Shown piece by piece: positions 14,171-26,800 of a stretch of 64,000 nt of DNA. The notes under the pieces were generated by a model that was given only the letters and a program-made list of their open reading frames with translations, was not told where the DNA came from and searched no databases. Positions within the stretch are counted from its first letter, which is position 1. Each line of letters opens with the position of its first letter. The stretch is from the NCBI GenBank assembly GCA_004764695.1, contig SMSO01000034.1, forward strand, positions 3,968,001 to 4,032,000, given 5' to 3'. The position numbers and the translations under genes were made by a program. Source of the stretch: Schizochytrium sp. TIO01. Taxonomy: Eukaryota > Protista > Bigyra: Labyrinthulomycetes.

Positions 14171-14969
14171 TCTTTTTCTCCTCCCTTGTTGTATCCCAAG
14201 CTGTCGGTACTCACAGCACATGATACATGATGGTGCATGGTTTTCTAACGAAAATTGTGTACCAGTTTAAGTCGGTAGATATAAATTAGCTTTTTTTATC
14301 TCGCCAAGCCTTTGAATTGCAACAACCGTAAAAGATTAACTCTCCGCTCGCTGACGTGGCCACAACTACCGCTGCTGTTACCTCAACCTCCCTATAGTAA
14401 GTAGAACACCTAATAAAATTAGGATGTAGGAACGTAGCAAATATTAATATCCCTTTCCGTAGCGCAAGAGGTGTCATACTTGGAGTTTACTGTTCATATC
14501 GAGGCCAACTTGATTACTATGTCAAAATCTTATAACCAGTCATTAGCATTATTACTAAAAACTCATAGGATGCTTATTACACTGCATTCGATTGTTTTGA
14601 GAGCGCGTGCGTACTAGGTAATAGTAGGTAAATGTCTCTGCGTGCTTTGTGCTAAAAGTTGCTTGACCAAACCCTTTTCACTCTATATGAGAACTTTTCG
14701 TGAAAAAGACGACGCGTTTGATCTCCATTGACTTCGGCACCGCAAGGTAAAGGCAAAGCTGCCCTTGTCAGAACTGTGCGATTTCGCTTTGACGTGAAGA
14801 CATAAACTTTACTCGGACATACCAAGTCACCTGCTTTATGACAAGCGTATATAAAGGTAGATCGAAGATTTGACTTTGTGCCTGTCCCTGAAAGTTCATA
14901 ACCACAACTCACAAAGGGTTGAAGAACAACAGAGTTGTGTATATCTTACGGAGAGCAGAAGGAGTAGAA

Positions 14970-15826
14970 ATGCGCGCGCTGTGTAAACAACCAGGATGCC
15001 AGAGTCTCGCATTGAAGGGCGAGCATTGTAAAGCTCCACGGAGGCGGCCGGCGATGCAAGAAGACTGACTGCATACGATCAGCAGAGGCAGGAGGGCTAT
15101 GCAGAGGCCATGGTGGTGGCCCGCGATGCAAAGAAGCTGGCTGCGGGAAATCTGCTCAACAAGGTGGAAAGTGCTGGAGCCATGGGGGGGGTAATCGATG
15201 CAAAGCTCCTACCTGCATGCAACGCGCTCCCAAAAACAGCTATTGCAAAAAGCATGGCACCAAAGATGTCGCGAACCCTCCTACACCCCATCAAAAAAAA
15301 AATGAAAATGATTCCATCTTAGAAATTGTCGATTTAACTACCGAGACTAAATCACGACCCATCAGTCCAAGTGGAAACTCAGCTCGCAATGTAGACATGG
15401 GACAAAGCTTCACTACCTGCAGGGGTAAAGGGATCAAGAGAAAGAGATGGAACTCACCTCGCCAGGACACCCTTGCGGCCTTTTCATCATCAGAAGACAA
15501 GGTTGAAACTCCTTCCATCTCGCAGAATCCTCCTCGGCAAGTTGATTCTTGTGAACTCTCGCTTTATGATAGCACAGGTCCTGAAAGAGGTTTTGGAAAG
15601 GAAAGAGCCTACAGCGTTTCCAGCGCTCTTACTCAAGCTAGTGATGAGCTTAAATGACGCTGAAGATGATGTTCGGACGGAAAACTTCAATTGTAACCAG
15701 ATTCAGATGGATTCGAACGGGCAAGAAGAATTCTCTTCATCAAAAATTCCAAAATCATTCTCCACAAACCTAAAATTGCATCAAACGAGTATAGCTAAGA
15801 CCTCATCCAAAATACCAATTTGGTAA
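14970..15826 (+). CDS. WRKY19-like C-x4-C...C-x2-H-GG zinc-finger repeat protein, frameshifted (pseudogene or assembly error)
   Basis: ATG 14970 gives MRALCKQPGCQSLALKGEHCK. A +1 shift at about 15030-15037 then continues HGGGRRCKKTDCIRSAEAGGLCRGHGGGPRCKEAGCGKSAQQGGKCWSHGGGNRCKAPTCMQRAPKNSYCKKHG, i.e. four tandem CxxxxC...CxxHG repeats, followed by a Ser-rich tail to TGA 15657. A second +1 shift at AAA-TGA (15652-15657) may extend it to 15826. Confidence 0.75.
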
Positions 15827-16949
15827 TTTTCCAAAAACAGACGTGCTCCGACTTTCAAGATTATTGGCTCGTTATTTAGGCTGAAAATAAGGAAGCCTTA
15901 CTTTTGTAGGACGATAGAAAAAATAATCAATGACGAGGAAAAATATATTTTGCGGGAATGGAATTTCTTATTCAGTGATTCCCAAAAACAATTTCGGGAA
16001 AAAGAAGAAAGCATTCATCTACCGACTGCGAGCCTGCTATAAAGCTTTCTCGGTACGGATGTAAACTTCGAACAGAGCAAAAGATTAGTAGCAAATTTAG
16101 ACAGCAATTTCATCCTAGTGGAAGAGATATTGCCTTTTTTTAATCCCGAGTTATACACTCTCTGGTGAGAATAAATAACAGAACCTGGAAACAGGGAATT
16201 CATAATTTTACATACGGGTTTGCTTTCATCTTAATTGTTGGCATATTTTCAATGTTTTATACTGCAAATCTCCTCTCTTTAAATTTTCGCAAGATCTGAA
16301 TAGAGTGTAACGCAATACCGCCAACATAACTTAGTGCATGATTCAAGAAGGTACAAATATTGTCATCTTATGTGCAAGATTAAGGCAAGTCAGGACAAGA
16401 TATACGCGTCGCACATCAAGCAAGCAATCAAGATAAATATAAACAAAAACAACAATCTGGACTCTTTATTTAGGTTTCTGTGTGTGGGCATTGTGCGTTT
16501 TCAAATTCGAATTTCTTTTTTGTTTTTTCACTTATAGTTGATGTATTTGTGTGACTAACGTCTTGGAAAGTTTGTGTGCATATTGCAAGCGCAACGATGA
16601 CACCTGTTTACGGAAAGCAGTCATTTAGAATCCGTTGGCTGAATGGAGTCTGTGGTATATATGGACCAACGGATTCAATTGACTTGCCATAAGCCACTAC
16701 ATTATAATCGCAGGTTTTAGCAAGCGCACCAATTATATATAGATACAATAGGTGTTTGGTGTGTATGTGTATGTGTACGCATGCGTGTCATTCCTTTAAT
16801 TGACCTTCGTAAGAGGGAGCGGGTAGAATGACACCCTGGCCACATGACTACTCAGGTGTACGAAAGGTCCATCTTTTTGGATGCTGTCTAGACCACATAC
16901 CATATGAACAATTTCGGCCTCCAGAGAGCAAACGGAAGACGCCAACCCT

Positions 16950-18452
16950 TTAGAGATCCTGATTGGAAGAATCCTCGGCGTCCATTTCATCAAGGCCGGT
17001 GGACTTTTGCTTAAGGGCGACACCAGCGTCGACCCCTGCAAAATAGGGATGCTCGAGAGCTGCCTTCGCAGTAATGCGCTTGGCAGGATCATACACAAGC
17101 ATTGAGGTCATAAGATCAACACCATCGTCTGAGAGGTTCTTCACAAGATGCTTGAGGTTCGGCGGTGCCATGTATGGCTTGCCGGTTTGAGCAAACTTTT
17201 TCAAGAGCTTCTGCTTAATAGCTGGCCACTCGGGCAGCTCGACTAGTCCGGGCCACTCTTGTTCATTTGGCATTCCCAGTGCCGAGAAGATCTTGTCCAA
17301 TTGAGTGGGCTCCGACGTACCAGTGAACAGAGGTCGACCATTAGACATCTCAGCAAAAATGCAGCCAATACTCCAAATATCAACAGGAGTAGAGTATTTC
17401 CGGCTTCCCAAAAGAACATCAGGGGCACGGTACCACAAGGTGACGACCTCATGGGTATAGCTGCGTACGGGGATACCAAAAGCACGAGCTAGACCAAAAT
17501 CTGCCAATTTAAGCTCGCCCTCACGATTGATAAGCAGATTCTGCGGCTTTAAATCACGGTGCAAAACACGGTGACTGTGGCAGAATGCGACGCCACGCAG
17601 AAGCTGAAAGAGAAGGCTTTTCAGCACATTGGCCTCCAGGCCACCCTCGCATACGTCGAGGTATTCTGTTGTTTTTGATGATGTTTGTGGGAAAAGTCAA
17701 GCAAACATGAACACAATAGAAACGTTCATCAAAAAGAAAAAAGGAAAGCAAATGTGAGTCAAAGGCTGTTCAAAAAAATCAACAACCACTTATTTGGACA
17801 AAAGTGATCACCACACAAACTCATCCAATTGGAGAGATAATTCATAAACGTACTCTTCAAGTCCTGGTCCAAGTATTCAAAAACAAGCGTGAGCTTTCGT
17901 TCAGTATGAACAACGTCATACAATTTCACAATATTCGGATGCTGCAATTCCTTAAGCAAGCTGATCTCTCGGATGGCGGTTCTGTGTAATGCCAATTCCA
18001 TAACAATATTATATGGCAATCATGTTAGCAACTCTTCATTTCCAAGCACTCCAAACCCTGCTTAGAACCTAAGCAAGAAAACAAGCAAGCAAAGTATCTA
18101 TAGACATCTCCAAAATGACATTCGGCAAACTTACGAGGGAATGCCTTCATCTTCCTGCTCAAGACGAATGCGTTTAAGCGCAATTACTGTGTATTAGAAA
18201 AATAACACAACAACGTGTCAGCAACTACTGCCATCTTGCTTCACATCTCATACACGAGCATATCAATTCTATCCTTAGCAGCCAGTACGGATTGTATCAT
18301 AAATTTTGAGGGACCCAAGATAGGTGATGCTCATGATAGATATATATGTAGGTGGATCAAAACTTACCCTCACCCGTAATGCGGTCCTTAGCCTTGTATA
18401 CCACACCGTAGGTGCCCTCGCCGATCTTGACAAGCTTCTGGTAGCGCTCCAT
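16950..18452 (-). CDS. CDC2: Cyclin-dependent kinase, PSTAIRE type (CDK1/CDC2/CDKA family), 326 aa, 4 exons
   Basis: Exons 18452-18368, 18186-18135, 17981-17854 and 17665-16950 join through GT-AG introns into 981 nt in frame. Motifs: [44 protein letters not shown] (PSTAIRE split by intron 2), [31 protein letters not shown]. Confidence 0.96.
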
Positions 18453-19807
18453 TGTCTCTGCGACAGTTGTAAAAGCAGGACCTCAACACTGGTGCGCTGG
18501 GAGAAGCAGAGAAGACGAAGACAGAAACTAGGAAGGCGATGAGCAGAAACGAGGGCCTCGCGGAGGCGGATGTGCCGCAACGCAGGCAGCGGAGAGCCTG
18601 GCAGTGCTATTGAGGGTCAAAGAAGCCTCAAGGAGATGGATAGCAGTGGATACGATGCAGAGACGGCTCGGACTCTGCCGCGACGGCTCCTCGACAGCAA
18701 GCGAAGGCGCGAGATCGGCGGATGGATCACAGAAACAAAGAGGGCAAAGGAGAGCAGAGGCACATAGGAATCAGTTAATATATATTAGGAGTACAGCTAT
18801 ATAGAAATAGCAGAGAGGAAAGAATTAGGAGTTCCTAGACACACGCTTAGTCAGGAATCGGTAGAGATATAGGACATAGATACCGAGAAAGGTAGGAGTT
18901 CATGGCCAGGACTTATGGCTGATGATTATAATACAGAGCGGATTTCCTGAAGTAGAAGAGGCAATGTGCGCTTCCTTTTGGGAGGTTTACTTTTGCTTGT
19001 AGAGTGTGTTCGAACTCTGAGTACAGAGATAAGCAAGAAAACTGGAAGGGCTTGGACTTTGCTATTAGAGCTTTGAAGTTGCTTCATGAGGAAGTCTTGA
19101 AAGGAAATATTGGCGAGTTAAACTTAAAAAGCCCTCTTTGAAATAAGGTCAGGAAATGAGTCTTTCATATTCGAGTAACTTGGGGACCCCTCGTACCTTA
19201 TGATGGAAAAAGAGGTTCTATATATTCACCATGATACTCACAATCGCTAATAGCAGCCTACCCTAGTGAAAGATTTCCTCAATATTTTGGTGCATTTATC
19301 ATTGGAGCACGAAATGAATTCCCCTTTATAGTAGTATATAGATTATGATAATCGTCAATAGAGATGTTTACTGTGAGAAGGTCCTCACCATCGACATTTG
19401 ACACAATATAAGAGTAAAGGGAAGATGAGTTGTACTATCTGAGTAGCATAAATATGAGATGATCAAGCCAAGAAAACGCAATGCAATTCTGGAGTACACA
19501 TTTACATTGGAATCCACTTGCAACAATTAATGTTGCTACTGAGAGAATTTCGGACTCCTTCAAGATTTTTAATTACCATAGTAAAAGACAAGTAAGTATT
19601 CGTCAAAAATTTTAAAGATGCATGCAAAGAATGTCAATAGGCCAAAATAAAACATCGAGAGAATTAGTAGGTTAACAGAGCGCCTGAGAGAAAATTTGAT
19701 GTTCTTGTGGAAAGCTTGCTCGCATATCGCTAAGCGAGTGAATGAGTGCAGCAAGCATGTTGGCGAGTTTGCTAGCTAAGTTGGCAGTTGAGCCCTATCA
19801 ATAAGAC

Positions 19808-20827
19808 TCAACGAGACGAGAGCTTAGCATGCAAGTGGCGATAATACCCTGCATGTGTCGGATCGCACTCCGCAAGTGAAGAGCAAATAAACTCTATCGA
19901 ATAAGTTGTGTCTGCGAAAATATCCATGTGAGTATAATAACGGTGAGCAGCTTCGTAGAGTCTTGTCAAGCCTAGAAGCGCCCACTTACTTGCGCCACCC
20001 TCCATGTCATTGAGTTCAATGCAGGTTGCAACTTGGTCAAGAAGAATTTGGCACCGTGAGACCTCGTCGCCAAGAATTGACCGTGGACGCAGTTCTCGCA
20101 CAAGCCAACGATGGTACATCCAACCTGACGAGTCGTCTGGTTCTGTAAAGAGCGCATTGCAGACGAGATCAAATTCTTCCTTGAGTCGATTGGCATCCAA
20201 GTTACCAGGCCTCGCTTCAAGAGCCTTAATCCGCAAATGCCACGCCGAGTAGTTAGAGAAGTTACGTTCTACAAGGCCCTCGGCAAATTGGAGATCGTCC
20301 TCAGGAGTATGATGAGCCAACCTTGCAAGTACACGACGGTATTGAAAACAATGGAAGTTACGCTCGTCAGCAGCGAGCAATTGATCGCAAAGAGAAAGTT
20401 CCTTTGAGAGGTCTATGTGGCGGCCATCTTCACCCAGAATTTCCACGATCCAAGCTCGGTGAGACCATCCTTCGTGGCTCTTCACATTTCCTTTTACGAG
20501 TGCATGACGGTTCAAGTCTAGCTCCTGCTGGCAAATTTGGCGGCGAAGCTCCTTCTTGCTTTGGCTATCTTCGCTTTTGGAATCCTGAGAAACCCGAGCC
20601 AAAAGACCATCACGACGAACATTCCAGAGTGTGTTGATACTTGGGTTGATGCAAAGAAGTTCCCCGCAAAGGTTCATAGTCTCGTCAGAGGTGTCTCGCA
20701 CAGACCGGCACTCCAAGGCTGTCTGCAGCAGGCCACGCAGCTTTGCAAATTTAGCTGTACGAGCAGCCTTGATCTCAGGATCTTGTGCCTCTGCGGCAGC
20801 ACGATCCTTTTGTTTACGTCCGTGCAT
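19808..20827 (-). CDS. RABGGTA: Rab geranylgeranyltransferase (GGTase-II) alpha subunit, short Bet4-like form without Ig/LRR domains
   Basis: N-terminal MHGRK plus PPTA repeats: NPSINTLWNVRR, DERNFHCFQYRR, NFSNYSAWHLR, FTEPDDSSGWMYHRWL, and C-terminal DPTHAGYY. Confidence 0.92.
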   Translation of the reverse strand: MHGRKQKDRAAAEAQDPEIKAARTAKFAKLRGLLQTALECRSVRDTSDETMNLCGELLCINPSINTLWNVRRDGLLARVSQDSKSEDSQSKKELRRQICQQELDLNRHALVKGNVKSHEGWSHRAWIVEILGEDGRHIDLSKELSLCDQLLAADERNFHCFQYRRVLARLAHHTPEDDLQFAEGLVERNFSNYSAWHLRIKALEARPGNLDANRLKEEFDLVCNALFTEPDDSSGWMYHRWLVRELRPRSILGDEVSRCQILLDQVATCIELNDMEGGASKWALLGLTRLYEAAHRYYTHMDIFADTTYSIEFICSSLAECDPTHAGYYRHLHAKLSSR

Positions 20828-21937
20828 GATAGGTGGCTATCGGAGAGCTGAGTAGCAAAAGCCAACAACCAGGTAACCAGGAGATGCCGAGTTGCAGAGA
20901 AGGTAGAAGAGTTTGTCAAGTTTCAAGTTGTCTCGGCTTAATAATGATTTCAATAACTTAGTATGGCTAGCTAAAAGCAGAGTAAGAGTAACTTAAACCC
21001 TACCGTACTACAGTCAGATTTATTTAGTACAATTCGCAGACTTTACACGAGGTTGGAATCGATTTCTGAACAGAAGGGCGAGGGAAAATATGGCTAAGTA
21101 AGGAGGAGGTACACTTATAACAGAGATTTGACTCTTCTGTTGCTTGATAGCGGCTGCTTCGTGTAATAACTAGGCAGGATATAGGTTCATTCAGTTGAAT
21201 GTCTGTATTTTTTAAAGAAATTAAATTAAAATTTTAAAATATATTGACTTAAAAGAAATATTGGTGTATAGGCTATACTATCTTGCAACATTAAAGCATG
21301 AGCATTGATTTACAGATTCATTGTAGAAACTTGTCAAATTCCACTATTTATATGCAACACGTGTAGGTAAAAAAAACTGAGATAGAAAGAGAAATGCGTG
21401 TCACTTGAGCAGACAAATTGCGAATTCGCTTTTAGTTTTGACAGCTATGAGAGTGTAAGAAAATTGGGCTTAGTGGGTTTTAATCGCCGAGATTGATACC
21501 TCTGAAATCAGATTAAAGAGCCCCTTTTGCTCGCTGCAGTTATGAAATAACTACATTAAACACATTAAACTGTATGCTCAATGTTGCAGGAAACATGAGT
21601 GCACAGAGTTTATTAACCAGGAACACAGCTTTGGCATTTCCAATATAGAGTCTATATGCTAGGCCCAACCTAATAACTACTATCTAGGCATTACCCCCTA
21701 TTTAGGGATCCTGGATTGGCAGACAAAAAGTCTACTATCTTTTATCTTTCATAAATAGAAACAACAAACCCCGAGCTTCACTACCGTGAAAAGGTCTCCA
21801 AGGTTGTACTCTAGCTACTTGTGTCTTTCACAGCGTGGCGGAGTCTTTCTTCTGTGAAGGCTGTAGTTGGCTTTGTGTGTGCGCTGTCAAGTGCGAAAGC
21901 GTCAACGACTTTTGGCGACACATAGGATTTCAAGATC

Positions 21938-22760
21938 ATGGCTTGCCTAAGATATTTCTTCGCGCTGGCCTTTGCTGTTTTCATGACAGTGCATGAAGCT
22001 ACAGCGATTCCTGCGATACCACCTAAAAAACCGACCCGCACCGACTATGCTGCGGCTTCCCGATGGCTGGTTTGTGCGAGTGATTGGGGCGTGCTCGCTT
22101 CGGACGGTAGTTTTTCTAACCAGGAGTTGCGTCGGAGCTCAAGTTCTTCATCATCAATCCCGTATGCCGATATTGCGGCCTACGGAGAAGGCGTCGTGCA
22201 TAGAGGACGTTTGGTAAATTGCACGGGTGAGCCGTATTTTTACTTACGTAACATGAGCGCAGTTCCTCGGGATTTGGCGCAAAATTCGTGGGGTTCCTTG
22301 ACAGTTTCCATGGCAGGTCTCAGAGCTCATGGTCTGTTTCCATACTGTACTACGGTGAATGCAGAGGATCCTACATGCTGGCGTGCAACTTTGACTGGTC
22401 TTGTGGAGCCTGTGATGGGCGAGGAACGCGATAGAGCTCTAACCTCATTATTTTCGCGCCACCTTGATATGAAATTTTGGCCCAGTAGCCACGACTTTGT
22501 AGTCTACAAGCTCTCAGTAAAGAAACTGTTTTTCTTGGTAAGTTCTTATCGAATCAGGCACGAAAAGTTTACTCGTCTGAAACCTCTAAATCCCTAGGAT
22601 GAGTACTAACTGCAATCGCGAGGATGCATTCGTATGTTTATTTTGGTTTGCTTTAATCAAACAGGACTTTTATGGATATGCTCATCACATTTCAATTGAG
22701 GATTACCTTGGTGTTGATCTTGATTCTCCTGAAATTAAAGAAAGCTTAGCTTCAGCTTAA
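21938..22760 (+). CDS. CREG1: CREG-like secreted/lysosomal split beta-barrel glycoprotein, 231 aa, 2 exons
   Basis: Signal peptide. Motifs ASRWLV..SDWGVL, GEPYFYL, EDPTCWRATLTG, LFSRHLDMKFWPSSHDF. Intron 22538(GT)-22664(AG) joins KLFFL to DFYGYAHHISIEDYL, the expected CREG C-terminal motif. Stop TAA at 22758-22760. Confidence 0.88.
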
Positions 22761-23881
22761 ACACTTTTTTTTAGAAGAGGCATTTATCTATCTTGACATT
22801 AAATTTTCCTTCTCTCACTTTTCGTTTCTTCTTTTACTAGATTAATTCAACCTGAAAAGAAGTATGTACTTGGTCTATCACCTATCACTGTGTCAACTTG
22901 CTTGCAGCAGACGCACGAGAACAAAATATATACATTCAATAACAAAAACGCTACGTCAACATTCCTCTACTGCACGTTGGTTCACGGCATTGGCTCTTGC
23001 AAATTTTATGTTCCCCTTCACTGCGATTCAATAAATCCAGACAGACAAATTTGTAATACCCATGCCCCCGCTGCCACTGCTAGCAATTAACAATTCACAT
23101 GTTCAGACCTAGCATGTTTTTTATAACGAAGGAAATTTACATTCTGTTTCTAAAACAAATACAAGACCTTGCATGACCTTTCCATAATCTTTTTAATCAA
23201 CATAGGAGTGATGAAGAGAACAGAGTCCTTTTTCTCTTTTTTAAAAGCATTGGATACTTCACCATCTTATATTGTAGATACAATTCTGGCATGGAATGCA
23301 AAGTATTGTATTCTTTGTGTTGCTACAAATCCAATTATTAAAGCTGTTTGAACATCATTTTGATTGCTCAAGCTAGTATCTTTATTATGACACTATGGTA
23401 ATACTGCTAAAATTGGTTTCATGATGCAATTATCTGACTTTTTGTTTTAGGTTTTGCCCTTCGTGAGTTGCTCGCATAAGTGTTTCTATCTATGCGTTAC
23501 CTCCGCTTAAAGAAAATATTGTTTAGTCAAAACTCTACAAGATTGCTATTCAGCTGCCATCAAACACTTGAAAATTGAAATTTACAAGTTTGTGCAAACT
23601 TGATCGTACGAGGTAGGCTGGTGCCATTTACATTGCGCGCAGGCCGAGGGGCTCGACTCACCTGCTCTGTGTACACGAACTTCTCATCTCGCATGGTGTC
23701 TTTTGCACAAGCCAGAACATAGAAACTTTATGCGACTGAGTGAGCTGCACTGGACTTGAAGTCAGCCTTTCTTCTGTGCCAAAATCACATCCTGTTATTT
23801 AGGAACATAACTCGGACTCCAAACGTAAGCTCGCAAGCACTGAGCTTGGCATTGCAGGCTGATTAAATCGCCTCGTGGCCC

Positions 23882-26800
23882 ATGGCATCAAAAAATGTTG
23901 CTTCAAAGTTGCCTGGTGAGACAGGGATAAGCCACTCCCTCGACAGAGGCAATTGGGTCCCGGCTCGTGCAGGACATTTTTTATGCGTTGATGCTCGTCT
24001 CGAAGCTCCTGAATTTAATACGCAGGGAGATGTTGCTAGAATCACAGCGTGGCGGGATGATGAAATCGGCACTGCAGAGATTAGTGGTCAGGAGGATGCC
24101 ATGTTTGATGCCAAACACCCTGCGAGCATCATGCTCTCGGTGAGGAAAAACCCATTTGCATTTGCAGAAGAAGATGCCTTTTGTGATAATCTTGTTCTTC
24201 TTATCTCGCTAGAGGACAGTACCTCTACTAAAGCTACTGATGAGGTCGCGGTGGTTATTCGCTTTTATATGGATGAACCGCCACCACCGCCATATCCAGG
24301 AATGTCAACTGCTCCATCAGAAATGCCTACCACCTCGCTCGTAAATTTTCAGGAGCGCGGATACATGGTTGACAGTGAGCATAGCTCAGTTCCTGAATGG
24401 ATACGAAGACGCTGCAAACGAGGTAGTCCTATCAAAGTATGGTTTCTTGACATACATACAGAGCATCGACTCTGCCAACTACGTGAAGGGTATCGTGATA
24501 TGGTCACTTTAGGCAATCAACGGGTGTGGCTTCGCTTGCAATGGAGCGTCACTCGCTCAAACCTTTCAAGACGCTACCACCGCATCTGGTTCATGCCTAC
24601 CGTAGATCAAGAGTTTCTTCGTGAGCAGTTCATGAGTCATGTTGAAGCTGCGACACGCCCAGCGCTTATGGAGTCGCGAGAGGTGGGCCTCCTGACAATG
24701 CACTCTCGAGGTGTTGTGCAGCAACAACAGATAAATGAACATCGTTCAGACCGCACGCGTCTGTCAATGCGCGATTGGGCCCTTATTGGATGGCAGGGTG
24801 CAGCTGAAGGTACCCCAGCAGACATCACTGATGCTATCGCCGGAGATGGCATAATGAACTCATCAACAGCAGCATTACGATTTATTGCTTACCTTCAAGC
24901 ATATCGTGTAGCGGCTTGTGCTCCCCAAACCTTAATTTGGATTCAGAATCTTGCTGAAGCAGAAGGTCTCAGCCTTGTTGATTTACTCCTGAGTCGTCCT
25001 GATCTCTTGGTCCTTTGTATTTTAATATTATCCAAGGTCACAGATGATACTTTGGCGCACGACCCAATTGGTGTAAGTATGATATCTCAAGACATTGCTC
25101 ATGTAGCTTCCGAAGCATGCCTTGCAAGCTTTCTCGAGGTATTTTCACGCATTCTCGCTAATACGCTGAGCAAGCCTCCAGTATTTCCTGCACACGATCG
25201 CGAGGCTTCCCCTAGTGATCGCACGGCTGTAGTAGCTGCAACATGTACTGTTGTATTAGCGCTTTTATGCAGAGAAGCCCCATCTAGTGATGCAGAGCTT
25301 CTCCGTGATACTATTGACCGGGTCATAACTCTCATTTGTCGAGCGCAATCCCTTGAAGTAGCTTGGACTGGTGCGACAAGACTTTTTCCTGCAGTACTTG
25401 TCGCCTGTAGTCCGTCTATCATTGCACGAGAGTTGGTGACTCTTGTGAAACGCTCAGTCTCATATACAAAAGAATACGTAGTCAATGATGATAGCACTTT
25501 TTCTGGGCCTCGTGTAGACTATTTGCTGGCTTGCACGGCCCATCTACTACAACAGTTTGACCAGGCCGCGAGTTATGTTTGGAGTCGAGACATCCTTCCA
25601 TCTGCCGAAGACTGGGTTCAATTACATCTCATTCGTCCAAGTATAGCATTATGCGTGGAGGCATTGGCGCAAGCTGCAGATGAAAATGATCGGGGAGATG
25701 GTTTTGATGCACTTGTAAGCGCTATGTATACTCGACTGTGCGCTATTCAAGCTTCTTCTTCGATTCCAACTAAACTTGAAGTAGGACTTATGGACGCTAA
25801 TTGGGCTGTCAGTCAGTCTTGGAAGCTTTCCTATGCGCTAGTAGAGGTCACCTGCAAGCGCGAAACCATAGTTTGCACATTAACCCTACCCTTACTTCAG
25901 CTCGTGGCTTCAGAACTCGGTCCAGATTCTGACGAAAGACTTGGATCTGCACGAATGACTCTTTTACAATCTTTTATTGCATCTGTTGACGATGCTCAGC
26001 AACTTCAAATTGTGAGCTCATTGTTCAAGTGCTTACTGATTCATATCTCAACATATGCTGGTGCATTTTTATCAGAAGTTGGAATCGTCAAAATTGTTGC
26101 ACAACTCGTGACATTGCTCTTGGCTCTGCAGGGTGACGAAAGCAAGCTAGTACGTGATACATGGCGAGCTGCATTTGGGCTTCTTGTCTTTGCCGCACAG
26201 AGTTGGGAGGAAAGTGAACATGCTAGTTGGGCTCTGCTCACTATCCGAGAAGTAGCAATGCATTTCATTCAGAGGTTTGTAGAAATGCATCCATCCTTAC
26301 TTGGCAGCGACCCCTTACGCCCAGTTGGCTCCAGTCCATGGTTTGTGTCTACACTTGCCCATGGACTCATGCGCATTTGTACAACACGTGGCGTGGCTCA
26401 AGAGATCGTTGATGAGTCTATCGCTGTGCTTAATACTCTCCTTGTCGTCCAACATGGCGGGTGCAATGAAACCGTACGTCAGGTATGTAAACTTGCAGTT
26501 CTAGAACAAGCCCGGGCTCCTCGTAAAGAGTTAGATCGCTGGATTCTGACTATGGAGGACATTTGTGTTGATACAAACCTCACTAACGACCTATTTGCAC
26601 TACGCGCGCTTGGGAAGGCTATGCTCCTTGACACGAACTCCGCTGCTTTGCGCTTTGATGCTGTTGAACGTCTTGTTGGTACTTTTGTTACAAGCGTGTG
26701 GTGGCCATGGGCACCTCCACCTGTAGAATTCATTCAACATCGTCAAATTTCACCGACTGTTGATGTATCATCCGATCCAGAAATTTGTTTGCTTCAAGCT

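Noticed and set aside
22538-22597. ORF-track C-terminus of CREG (VSSYRIRHEK...)
   Set aside because: Intron read-through. Splicing gives the conserved DFYG motif.
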